A DNA stretch of 64,000 nt from a virus, in the IMG/VR virus record IMGVR_UViG_3300045988_126550, positions 64,001 to 128,000 of that record. One strand, written 5' to 3'. The translations under genes and the position numbers were made by a program. Below, piece after piece: positions 54,601-64,000 of this stretch (its first letter is position 1; each line of letters opens with the position of its first letter). The notes under the pieces are model-generated. The model did no database searches. It was not told the DNA's origin and worked only from the letters and a program-made list of their open reading frames with translations.

Positions 54601-57192
54601 ATACAGCTCATAATACTTTAATCTAGCTTGAGACCTTTCAGTTCTTGCATTTTGAGCAGCTTCTTGTCTCTTCTTTGTAATCAGCTTGTTAAGCAGTGAC
54701 GCATTTTTAACCACGTATCCATTTGTTGTGTCAATTGCATCTGCATATTCTTTTTCATCACCAATGAGTGTTTTTAATGCTTCGCCCTGTTCGTCAGTAA
54801 GTTTGATTTTATCATAAACTACTTCGTTTTGAACAGATTGTGCACTAGTAACTTTATCGATTTCATCAGCATAATTAGAAAAAGTACTACCAACTGGATC
54901 GACTTTATTAAGTTCAGCGTGCGCGGCGGCAGAACCTAAAGAATTAATTTGATCCACAGCATCTTGCGTACTAAGCCCAATTTTATTTAACTCGTTCCTA
55001 AATTCGCTATAATCTGAACCATTTAACGAGTCTGCTGTAAGTTCTCCAGTCTCCGCCAAAGAATATAATTTCTTTTTAACCTCTGGATATTTTTCTAATA
55101 GAGCATCAAACTGTTCGGTATAATATTCACCGGGGTTAATTGTTTTATCTATATCAAGTGCCATTTGCTTAAGCTTATTTGCGAAATCATCATCTACATT
55201 TTCACCATAATTATCTAGATAATCATATAGCTCTGTTCCATATGTAGATAATGTTTCTTTAAGATTTTGCATTGATGATTCAATTGACTTCTTTTTAGAA
55301 TCTAGGGCAGATTTTTCGTCCTCGCTCATTGCACTAGTATCTGTATTAATAAGCTCATTCCATTCTTGCCTTAACTCATTATATTTTTCAATACCCTTTT
55401 GAATATAGCCTTCTTTGTCTATACTACCATCAGAAATATATTTTAAATCTCCATTCAGCTCATCAGATATTTGTGTCTCAACTCTTAATAGCTCCGCCAC
55501 TGCCTCATCGCTTAATTCTCCCCATGTCGATACATCAGCAAGCATATTATACAACTTTTCAGAATACGGTTTAATTGCGTTCCTTAAATTGTCATTAATA
55601 ATCTGATTATTTTTTGCATTTTCTATTTCGGATTTAGCGATTGTGGCGTTACCATATCTTTCGTCATCTTTATTGGTTTTAACTTCTTCTATGCTTAAGT
55701 TCTTAATATTAAAATCTTTTTTATAATCTTCTTTTGTCTCTTTCTGTAGCTCCTTTTGTTTAGAATCCTTACTTTCGTTTAGCAGTCTTAATCTTCTTTC
55801 CAATTCCTCATTGGTTTGTTTTAAAGTTTCTAGTTCTTCTTTTTCTACAAAAGATAGATTATGTTTGCCCTCTAACTCTTCAATTCTATTTTTAGTTGTC
55901 TCAAGTTCAGAATTTAGGCTTTCAATTTCATTATTTAGATCTTGGATTTCATTCTTTAATTTCTCTGATGCTGGAGTCATATTAGATATCCAAGTAATCA
56001 GAGATATAACTAAAGTAATAGCCATCAAAATCCATCCAACCGGATTAGACGCCATTAAAGATTTCAATGATGCTGCAACACCATGAATAGATGTAGAAAG
56101 TCCTTGGTTTGCAGCGGTTAAACCAAATGCAGCTATAATTTCTGCGCCATGAGCGGCAGCTAATGTCTCCGCTGCTACTGCTCCTTGGACTTTTGCCAAT
56201 GTCAATTCTGTTTCTCCCTGGGCTAAAAGCCAGTTGATGGATTCAGCAGAAAGTTTTACGGTACCCTCAGCTGCCATAGCTGCAGCTTGCGCAGCAGTGA
56301 CAGTGGTTTGTTCAGTTTTTGCAGTCGTGACTTGCGCCTCTGATACTGCTTGCTGTATATTCACTTTATCTACTCCATTTTTGGCCATTGCTTCTTCTAT
56401 TTGTGCCTTTGTTAAACCAGCAGACGCAAGAGCTGCTGCTTGTTGTTTTTCGGTTAAATCACTAACTGCGGCAGCATACGCACTAATATTTTGTGTGTTA
56501 AATTCAGTAGCAGATATTTTACCAGCTTTTCCAAGCCCATTTAATGATTGAATTGCCTTAATTTTCTCCAATGCCTGTCCATAATTAGATACATTAGCAG
56601 AAATTTCTTTAAACATAGTCACTGGGTTAATCTTTTTAGAAATTAATAAATATGAAACGACTCCTGCTAATACTGATTTGAATAGTCCAAATGAGTCTAC
56701 AGCTTTTACAACTGCGGTTCCTAAATTAACGAAGAATTTAATCCAACTACTGTCGAGTGCATCAGACCACATTGTCTGAACTGCATTTTTAAATAGAGTG
56801 ATTCTTCCCTGAATACTATTAAGTTGCTTTTCATTTTCCGCCATTGCAGAACCTTCAGCATCCATAGCGTCTTGATATGCACCTTCAAGGTCTTCAATAT
56901 TGGTAAGCATTGCAGCCATAGCATTTGAACGGTTTTTACCAGCGAGCATTTCAAGTAATGCCGCTTGGTCGATATCACTCATATCTCCCCAGACTTGAGC
57001 AATTTCTTTTATAATATCATATGTTGCCTTATAGTCGCCGGTTTCAGTTAAAATATCTACACCAGTTAAAGCTTTAACCTTAGATTGAAGCTTGCTGACA
57101 CTTTCTACTACATTATCAGTTTCTTCGCCTAGTGATTCCAATTCCTCTACACTTGTACCTCTAATACGTAGTGAGATGGTACGTAATGCACT
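48691..57192 (-). CDS. tape measure protein, exon 2 (2833 codons)
   Basis: Begins SALRTISLRIRGTSVEELESLG..., continuing the TP901-type tape measure core. Has TM segments, long coiled coils and a C-terminal SH3-like segment. Confidence 0.75.
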   Translation of the reverse strand, partial: SALRTISLRIRGTSVEELESLGEETDNVVESVSKLQSKVKALTGVDILTETGDYKATYDIIKEIAQVWGDMSDIDQAALLEMLAGKNRSNAMAAMLTNIEDLEGAYQDAMDAEGSAMAENEKQLNSIQGRITLFKNAVQTMWSDALDSSWIKFFVNLGTAVVKAVDSFGLFKSVLAGVVSYLLISKKINPVTMFKEISANVSNYGQALEKIKAIQSLNGLGKAGKISATEFNTQNISAYAAAVSDLTEKQQAAALASAGLTKAQIEEAMAKNGVDKVNIQQAVSEAQVTTAKTEQTTVTAAQAAAMAAEGTVKLSAESINWLLAQGETELTLAKVQGAVAAETLAAAHGAEIIAAFGLTAANQGLSTSIHGVAASLKSLMASNPVGWILMAITLVISLITWISNMTPASEKLKNEIQDLNNEIESLNSELETTKNRIEELEGKHNLSFVEKEELETLKQTNEELERRLRLLNESKDSKQKELQKETKEDYKKDFNIKNLSIEEVKTNKDDERYGNATIAKSEIENAKNNQIINDNLRNAIKPYSEKLYNMLADVSTWGELSDEAVAELLRVETQISDELNGDLKYISDGSIDKEGYIQKGIEKYNELRQEWNELINTDTSAMSEDEKSALDSKKKSIESSMQNLKETLSTYGTELYDYLDNYGENVDDDFANKLKQMALDIDKTINPGEYYTEQFDALLEKYPEVKKKLYSLAETGELTADSLNGSDYSEFRNELNKIGLSTQDAVDQINSLGSAAAHAELNKVDPVGSTFSNYADEIDKVTSAQSVQNEVVYDKIKLTDEQGEALKTLIGDEKEYADAIDTTNGYVVKNASLLNKLITKKRQEAAQNARTERSQARLKYYELYKKIKQLTGANGELAQANAKEINALYKEMGAVERTIAKYSLLEQKLLGAADAYQKYEDAKSADEAKDYGSKAEDMISGLIEGLQSAKLGTESFKAAVAGMIPEDVYSGFDTVEEKVAAIANYLKNSDFSKYFTLKFSDAGTLESAEMTLDNVQAFIESAQEKGVFTNKGDWQHFELSSDIKTLDDFCDKMNITKEMAFAMFTEIDAYDAEWLNGDFGSVFDQLDLGLEGNIFMATKNLSELDVALANNEIGVEEWAQKYQEANSKLQGCAEDARKNAVEYQNVTKEVTNLKDEVEQATKKLNEMNQPNSGYTQEEIDAQTKKVKGLTEQLGEALKKKYNLEEPTEVSIQLALDDIDSQMAAWKANNNELAVKANIANIDDSELVELGEDGKYKIKPDVEITDDERQKLQQYVDLLNDKGVINLLVENKEEAKAQIEEVKTAAEAAKKAIEALPDPSVDSTAAVKSINNLIDAIDRVPTGVTVTTTYREVNEGQTVTKHGGRRSRYELNSTMANGTAHASGSWGAESTDTSLVGELGPELRVRGNHWDMLGENGAEFTDVKKGDIIFNHKQTKSLLENGYINSRGKAYASGTNVINNIFDKLKLNKLAKYAEEMCAQYEKLVNGNVDLRKRPHLSPSYEHDLAMGGGYNSFIGSDGEIYASTSAETVTIGDKNKYTIDITPVLENGDVLTSDALADYIDGLVTNGSTQDLLDSDKYNLVIRAVPGEYDEKDWTGFEDELSKYKDGYLNTIMEMFNLGGDKAVESSGFSSVGLAGVVKDLQGDGSYTGKEVASAIDDTSDGMRELDNLINQYVTDVLNAKSLADDIGTDLSQTKYGNVDTNDRQELYWDEESLDKYGDAIDSWGMKADDLAGTYSTLLSSVGEFDGEDIAFTPILQTENGPQLLDSNTVDKYIWGLIDEAKQNDGKWTSDELFQLDTKGLEVDGAVVKNLLEGIGQDADKTAKLLHYVGDTGAISNLEGEIESTSSELVATGENVSAVQAKLDKLNATSISDKTFTITTDYRVIGSGTEQTVHTPGASGRLTIYADGTAHASGNWGLPQAEDDALVGELGRETVVDPKTGKYYTVGDKGAEFVDLPKNAIIFNHKQTEELFKNGHINSRGKAYSEGNAHVTIVPDYTTPTYYSGAKNDNFWTDWNDAADSLSDAGDDLSDAANDFEEMFDWFAVLLEEIDDDLNYMSAALENAVGISAKNDIQDQMINVNKYKLTELGEGYKLYADYAAQLLEKVPQQYQELAKNGGVALTEFLGEANQEVVEAINNYREWAQKASDVRTQQQQVKKEITSLSLQKVQTIADEYDRVIAKITTLNDLLQANVDLIDEQGERTSAVMYEEMIKNSIKELDELQKKRNDMQKEFDAQVSAGNIDIGSEEWYEGVAAIQDVDKAIIDCRKEIEGFQNSINQLHWDNFDGLIKAIDNVGNEISNLGDLIDDEDIADEMGNWTNEGITKMGLLAQEMERAQYRAKQYAEQIEYLNQEYAAGKYSTDEYNEKLQELKDGQWDSIKSYEAAKDALIALNKTRVDAAKNAMQEEIDAYNELINKKKEELQLSKDAHDFSKQVEEQQKNIANIQKQLAAIAGDNSASAIARRKKLEAELAAAQEELDELYYSHSIEKQQDALDDQAENYQDEKEKEMEALDEYLKNVEQVIADSFATITGNTEVVAGTLKEIADEYGINLSEAITNPWEQGVIAIGTYQDQLNASTSAFTAQLEAIKKQLLDLQAAADETARHLIDATNQNANKTSSATYTAPTPSTPQQPSTPQKPAAPANGSSVTVKKSATHFTRDGGNGTRMQSWVPGSTFTVYQVSGSEVLIGRNGQYTGWIKLSDIEGYAKGIKKVPNDQFAITDELGLEELVLHADTNGRLQYLSKGSSVIPSDITDNLMKLGTLDPKDILDRNKPKIGAPYIINNSIELNMSFGNMINIEHADRDSIPDIKDAVKAQLDSYMKGVNNSLKRFTR

Positions 57193-57473
57193 CAATCTGT
57201 TACTTTCCACTTATTAAGTGTACTGACCATATTTCTATGGCGGATAGTCATTTCTGGCTATCTCTCGTGTTTTATCATTAGGTCATATCACGAGTTCGGA
57301 CTGTATCTTCACATATAGTGAGTGGCGAAACCTAATATGTTACCATATTAGGTATTACAGTCTCTGAGGATTTTTATTAAAATTACTTTGTAATTTTAAC
57401 AAATCTTTCCTAAGTCTCATCTACCTCTAGATTTTAACTTATATAGCCACTTTTAACGTCGGCAATGTTATTT
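57193..57473 (-). ncRNA. ORF-less group I (IA-like) self-splicing intron in the tape measure gene
   Basis: P1 is exon GUCGGU (57479-57474, terminal U-G) paired with GCCGAC (57463-57458). P3 is GUGGC/GCCAC. P7 is GACUGUA (57362-57356) / UACAGUC (57305-57299). A P7.1-like 8-bp hairpin lies at 57352-57331, P8 at 57321-57309, P9 is CUCGUG/CACGAG, and a GAAA-capped hairpin lies at 57240-57227. The terminal G is at 57193. P10 is CAUU/AGUG. Confidence 0.75.
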
Positions 57474-60400
57474 ACCGACAGAATTAGGATCCTGAAGGAC
57501 TTTGTTTGCAGCGGCTACTAACGCTACTGATTGTTCAAGGCTGTTGCCAGCAGCCATTAGTGAACTTGCAGAATCTTGTAGTGCTGTTGCTATGCCGTCA
57601 CTTGACACGGCAAAATTGTTGCCAATTTCATTTAACACGTCAACTACGTGCATGCTATCTTGAGCCGCGTATCCAAAAGCTTGAATTGTAGAGATAAGCG
57701 CCTCCGACGCTTTATCGGCATCGGTAAATTCGGAAACATTCAATAGAACAGCGGTACTCTTAGCAAGGTCTCCCGCTTCTTCAATAGAATAACCAAGACG
57801 CGCCCAGCTTGCTGCCATATTAGTCAAATCAGACGTAGTTGCACCAACATTTGCTCCAGTCTGAGCCATTGTCTTTAAGAATCTCGCATATGTTTCATCC
57901 GTTTCATCAGTTACCTTTTTAAGCTCTGTTAATGCGGAATCTATATCTTGTACATATTGAACGCCTTGTTTTATTGCACCCCATATTCTGTAAATGCTAC
58001 CAAACGAAGCAAGATAAGTTCCTACTTCCTTAAACTTTCCTTTAATGCCATTAATAAAACTCTCAAATCCAGTTTCAACTGGCTTGATTTTTCCAGGTAT
58101 AATTTCAACAGCATTTCCTAATTCCCCCATGACCATAGTCATTTCTTGCATTTCATGTTTCCCGGTTCTTACTTCATAAGTCATGGTGCGAGTTTCTGCA
58201 TTAAAGCCCTTAAAGTTTGCTCCCTCAACAGAACTTACATAGCTTAACATTGCATTTTTAACAGCATCAATATCTTTTGGATTAACATTAGCAAAGAATT
58301 TTTGGACATCCAAATCTGCTTGTTGCGAATTAATTTTACGTTGCGCTTCGTCCGCGCCTAACAATGCCTTTTCTGCCTCGGTCGCTCTATCTGCCAAAAG
58401 CTTCAATGCGGCTTGCTCTCCGTCAGAATCAGATAATAGTTTACCGCTCTGAGCGAGTTCATCCTTTTTTTTCTTCAAAGCGTCTAAAGCATTAAAATAT
58501 TCTTTGACAACAGTTACGTCATTAACATTAACGCTTTGATCGTTATATGCACTTAATGCTTGCTTAACATATTCTTCTCTACCAAGAACTTTTGTGGCGC
58601 TATTATATCCATATGCGTCTTTAGATTTCCCAATAATACCATTTCCAAGCTTGACCAATTCTTCTTGCGCAGCTTTTAACTTGTCAATGTTTTCATCAAG
58701 ATTATCTGCAGCACTATTCCTAACAGCCTCTTGAGCCGTCCCATATGCCTTCATTGCTTCCTGATAAGCTTGTATTTCTTCGCTATCCTTATCAAAGAAC
58801 CCTTCTTTTTGTCCATCAACAATAGCCTGATTAATTTTATGAATAGAAGCAGTAACATTATCACAAGAATCTTGAAGCTTTTCAGATTGAATATAAGCAG
58901 CGTTAAATGCGTCACTCCAACTCATAATGACACTTGTTATTTTGCCATCAGCATCTACCATATCAAAAGATATCTTATCTTTAACGAAATCATATTGGCT
59001 AAAATCATATTGGCTATTTTTAGATGTAGCATATTGTTTAGCGTAAGCTTCCATAATAGCTTGGCGATCTGTAAATAGCGTATTTTCTGAAATCTTATTA
59101 TCTCCAGATATGATTCTGCCTTCTTTATCAAGTGCCTGATATGCGCTTTGTATCTTCGCATTTTTGGTTAATTCTGTTTGTAGCTCTTTGACTTTTGACA
59201 CAGCACTGTCTAGTTTCTGAAGGTCAGCATCGGTAATGACAGTTCCATTTTCTCCTTTTGCGCGAATATCCGCCGCTATCTGTTGTAGCTCTTTAAATTT
59301 GTTCGCATATTCTTGGACTTCGGTATTATCTGTGCCAAGAATTTTTTGAATATCAGCATAATTCTTATCGTTCCAACTAAGTGTCTTACCAGCATCTTTA
59401 ATTGATCTTTTTGTCCACGCGGAAGTAGAGTCTGGATTAAGGGCATCCATCTGAGCTTTTGTCAGAGTAGATTTAACCTCTTTAGTAGTTTCTTCTATTT
59501 CTTTTGCGCCAATGCCAAGAGCCTCTTTTAGCTTAGACATTTCGGTGGCAATTTCATCAGCAGACAAACCTTTATATTCATCATAGAATCCTCGCTCATA
59601 AGAAGTAAGCTTTTTACTTTCTAATGTCGCAAATAATGTTCGCATAGCTTGAGTCAATTGATCAGGTAGTGCGCTGTATTCTGTTGTAATACCACCAAGT
59701 GATTTATCGTATTCCCGATTTATAATTTGAGAAATAAAATCTCCGCCAAACTCTTTGGACAATAACCCTCTAATAACTCCTACATAATCTTGCTTAGAGA
59801 CATTGGTTCTACCATTAAATACACGGTTATAATAAGATTGAAAGTTAGTAATAACATTACTTAATTTACTATATTCTTCATCTGTTATAGAATATTGATT
59901 ACCAACATCCTGCCCAGTGGAGATATCGGATATTGACAACATGCCACCAGCTTCTTGTACAACTCTTTGAAGATAGCCATTAAGTATTCTTGCCATTTCT
60001 CCAGAATTCTGAGCAGCAACATCCTCGCCATTCACAGTAGAGAACATAGCAGTAATCACATCGTTGATTATTGGATATTTTTCTGCAATATCTAAAGCAG
60101 TACCGAAAGAATCTTTTCCTAAATCTATCGACATCATTTGACGTCCATAAATCATATTATATTTTTTTAAGTTATTTTCGTCCGCAAAATTTGCTAATTG
60201 TTCTATATCAGAAAGAGAGAACATTAAATTATTTGTGCCTTTTTTATAGGCATGAGAGTGCGTCATAGAATCTATTTCTTGTTCTATCTTATCAAATGTA
60301 ACTTCGAATGCTTTCCCTACAACAAACTCAATTGCTTTCCCATCTTTTTCCGTGAAGCCATATTCTACATTTTGTTTTGAAACGTCTTTGCCATTGTCAA

Positions 60401-63400
60401 TTGCATTAGTTAATGCAAGAATTGCAGTTTTAAATTGCTGGAACGTTTTTACGTTATTAAGCTCTGCGACATCAGTTGCTCTATTTTCTTCATAGCCTAA
60501 AAGTTGTCTGGATTTAGCCGTATTAGTGCTTGCCTGTTTAAGTGCAGCAAGCTTATCATTGGCAAGCTTTTCTAATGCTGCAAGACGAGCCTCTTGCTCT
60601 TTCTTAGACATTTCAGAAATATCTTTTAGTCCAGCCGCCGCAGATTCAGACCCAGTTGTTATACTTTCGATGCCTTTTTCTATGGCTTTTTTAGCGACCT
60701 CCGATGTCTTCTTAACAACTTGTTCTGCGCCAGTCTTGACAGTTTCAGTTATTGGAGTAGAATCAACTTCGCCAATTAATATATCAAGATTTTGAATGTC
60801 AGAATCTGATCCGCCATATAACTTAGCATATGCTCTATTACGGGCTTCTGTTATATTGGCAATTTCTTCTTTTGATATACCTCCATAAGCTTTCTGCTGT
60901 TCTATAGATAGCTCTGCATCTCGGACTTCTCTTTCCAAAGCCTCTTTAATCCCAAGGAAATATGCATTTTTCTTTCTATACATATCTGCTAGATTTACGC
61001 GGAATCCTTTGCCATCAGTAAATACCTTGTCTTCCGCAGCTTCTCCTTCTAAGCGAGTAACATCCTCAGAAATTGTGTTTATATATGCAGAGATACTTTT
61101 GCCTAACTTTTTATTTACAGCATCATATATTCTCTTACGGATTATTTTTTCTTTTTCTTCTACTTGATTAAAAACGGTACTAACCTGCTTGCCAAATGCC
61201 GTTTCATTGCCCTCGCCGGTGCCTTTACTCATCGTCATTCCGCTTAAGACTGATTGCAAAGTTGGCTTAAGCTGTTTATCAACAGAGCCTTCTCCAAAGT
61301 CTTCAACTAATAATTTGGATAAATTACCATAATAAACACTAAAGAATTTTTTAGCCTTTTCATTGATAATAGTTTTAATCTCTTCGCCATTATTTAATGA
61401 TGCTCTTCGAACATCGGAAATATTACTCACACGAGAGATTTCGCTAGTTATCTCATCAGTAGACAAAGATTCATTCTTTAAGATTTCTTTTATTGCGACC
61501 TTTTCAGCATCATTAATTTCTTTAAGCTTAAACTCTATCGCCTCTCGAATTTCCTGCTCCATAGTAGCTTGAGCAATATCCCACGCTTCTCTATGTAGAA
61601 TGACGCCGTTGTCCCCATATTTGGACTTGACAAATTGAGTGGCGGCACCCTGATACATATTATTTACAACTTCAGAAATATGATTAGCAATTGCATTTTG
61701 AAGCTCATTAACCTTTTCTCCAGCCTTTGCATATAGTTGTTCCCTATAACTTCTAAATTCATCTGTAGATGTGTAATGTGAAACAAACGTCTTTTGTAAA
61801 GCATCCGCCGCAGATGATTTATTACCATATATAGTAGTAAATGCACCTTGCTCCTTATTGAATGTCAACTTTTGTGCTTTCTGAACGTCTTTCGTATAAT
61901 CTCCAAGCTTGCCAATTTGTTCATTGTTTCTGATAATAACTTGCTGAAGTTCTTGAATTTTTTCAAGAGCATTAAACTTTTTCTGTTCTGGAGACAAACT
62001 TTCATCAAAAATATTAGAAGAGTTAATACCATTAATTTCTTTAAGCTTATTATATAACTCTGTTACTTCTGTATTTATAACATTTAAAGCTTGTGTTTTT
62101 TCACTAAGAGTTACTGGCGATGCCCCAGATTCTTCAAGCTTATTAATTTCGCGTACAAGTTCAAGCTCTTCGCTCTTTTTTTGATTATATTCAACTTGCA
62201 ATTGAGCTACTTGTTTGTTTCTTTCTGCAATTTTTAATTCCTGTTCTGCTTTTTGAACTTGATTGTCTAAAGATTCTCTTTCTAACTCAATAGACTTTTT
62301 TTGTTCTACCAATGGCATCAACGAGGATCTTTGCGATGCAACAGCATCTTCATATTTATTAATAACGCTATCGCCAACTTCGTATTGTTGTAAAGGAAGT
62401 TTTGCCTTTTTAATATACGTACCATATTGCTGAATAATCGAAGAAATATAATTATTGATAACAGAATTTAAATTGCTAATATCAGCGTTAATTTCTTTTT
62501 TTGATCTTGCATTATCAACAGATTCTTTCAAAGCATCTATTTTGCGCTGTAAGATTGCCTGAATTTCAGTACTCCCTTTATCATTCGCTTCTTTTAATCT
62601 TTGCTTATAATCCTTTAATTCAGCCTTCGCATTATCATAATTACCTTTTTCATTAAATAGTTCTGCTCTTTGCTGTAATAAAGTTTGTAGTTCTTTTGGG
62701 AAAATTTCTAAATTTGATAAATCAAAGTTCTTGCTATTTTTAAATTGTTGAAGGGCATCAATCTGTTGTTTTAAAGAATCACGTACATTTTTTGAATTAT
62801 AAAATGACTGTTTATCCATTCCAGCGAACAAATCTTTCAAATCTGCATCGTTTAACCCTAAATCATTGCTAATATTCGTAATAGAATCAAATAGACCGTT
62901 TAAATTTTCTTTTGCTGTTTGAATTTGAACTACAACTTTATCATATTCTGCAGTTCCAGCCTGTTTACCTTTAAGACTTTTCTCAAGAGAGGACAAATCC
63001 TGCTGTCTTTGTTTGTATTCTTCAATAGTAGTTTGTAATTGTTCAAAAAGATTATCATCAAGTTTCTGTTTTTGTTCTGTAACAGATTGCTGAATTTGTT
63101 TATGAATTTCTTGCAAAGCAGTCTCTTGTTCTTTAATAATAGAAGAAGTGTCTTCCCCTTTTTGAATTTTAGTATATACAAGAAGTCTACTCTTGCTTTG
63201 TTCTAACTCATTTTGTAGACTTGCCAAATTTCCTTGAAGATCAGACAAATATTCCCTACTTGTGCCTCTCCCTGCTTTTGAAATTTTTGATTCAATCTCT
63301 TTAATTTCTTCATTAATCTCTTTTTGCTCTTGTTGTTTAGCAGAAATGGCTTTGCTTAAAAGATTTGGAGATTCTTTGTATTTTTCAGAATCTTTAGAAA

Positions 63401-64000
63401 TATCTTTAGCTATAGCCAATCTTGATTCGGCTTGCTTTCTTGCCACAAGCAATTTGCGATAATTGTCGGGAGCATCTTTATTACTCTGACGCTTAATCAT
63501 CAAATCATAAATATTTTTTTGTTGTTTATAATCCGATTTAAGCGATTCCATTTCTGGAGACACAGAGTAAGAAGAAGGTTTAACGCTATCAAGCACGTTT
63601 TGCGCTGAAGCAACTCCATCTCTAGCAGCCTGCAGCTTTTGATTTATTTCTTCTTCTTGTTTTGCAAGCTGAGCTAATTTTTCATCTCTTGCTTTTTTAG
63701 CTTCAGCTAATTGTTCAGAGTTTTTTTGAATACTTTCTTCAGCAACAGAAAGTCTTTCTTCCCAGTTAATAGAATACTCATCATTTACTTTGATTTGAGA
63801 CACATCAAATGGAGCGGGTCTTTGATTCTCATCCGAATAAAATTGAGTTTTTGCACCCAATTTTGTCTTGTTGTTCAAACGAGCACTAATCATTCTTAAC
63901 GCTTTACGTTTTGATATAGCAGAATCAGATCTGTCTATTACCGTAGGTGTATCAATTCCTTCGTAATAAATATCTGCATTTAGATTTTTTAGTATCGAAG
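57474..64000 (-). CDS. tape measure protein, exon 1; first ATG at 63893 but the frame stays open to the window edge
   Basis: Very long coiled coil, then the TP901-type core (IDSALTELKKVTDETDETY...LQDPNSVG). No stop codon between 63894 and 64000 in this frame. Confidence 0.75.

Noticed and set aside
57208-57210. GTG at 57210 as the start of an independent 2839-aa protein.
   Set aside because: There is no Shine-Dalgarno sequence upstream. The first six codons lie within the predicted intron 3' end. The protein would begin in the middle of the conserved tape measure core domain whose first half ends the upstream ORF.
1-64000. Genome-wide stop-codon reassignment (TAG or TGA read as sense), suggested by the in-frame TAG at 14807 and the in-frame TGA at 26482.
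   Set aside because: ORFs of 2141, 2839, 1638 and 868 codons and all metabolic genes are uninterrupted in the standard code. No CUA or UCA anticodon tRNA could be folded. These are therefore treated as local events only.

Overview
This window reads as one contiguous piece of a large tailed phage, siphovirus-like, infecting a low-GC anaerobic Firmicute. The evidence is TTGACA / TG-n-TATAAT promoters, GGAGG ribosome-binding sites, anaerobic NrdDG and NAD-dependent LigA.

Layout:
- 1-40250 (+ strand): replication, nucleotide metabolism and RNA repair. It contains a 5'-truncated DnaE, many small Zn-ribbon and hypothetical ORFs, a vWA protein followed by a short PurA-like protein, a vWA/TROVE-like (DUF2828-type) protein, cysteine desulfurase, dCMP deaminase, an HD protein, RNA ligase, a pol-beta-fold nucleotidyltransferase, a P-loop kinase-HD fusion, a radical SAM enzyme, a Thg1-like protein, LigA, a dNMP-kinase-like protein, a deoxyribonucleotidase, a ThyX-like protein, NrdD/NrdG, HNH endonucleases, dUTPase, then excisionase and tyrosine integrase.
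- 40282-64000 (- strand): the converging tail module, with tape measure, Dit, a long repeat-rich Tal-like protein and a tail fibre.

Most unusual features:
1. A ~4.5 kb tRNA/ncRNA island (9.8-14.3 kb). Four otherwise clean cloverleaf tRNA genes carry 26-52 nt insertions at three different positions, including tRNA-Leu(UAA) split between U34 and A35. A recurrent ACAGCAA hairpin motif occurs inside two of the insertions and free-standing nearby. The island sits next to a dense RNA-repair gene set.
2. An ORF-less group I (IA-like) intron that splits the tape measure gene inside its conserved core domain. Splicing would give a spliced product of at least ~4970 aa.
3. Nine near-identical promoters followed by a conserved CAATACAAAATTAA element.
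4. Two genes interrupted or continued across in-frame stop codons.

All calls come from reading the sequence and the ORF track. No searches were run. Remote-homology names are my recognition of motifs and need HMM or structure confirmation.
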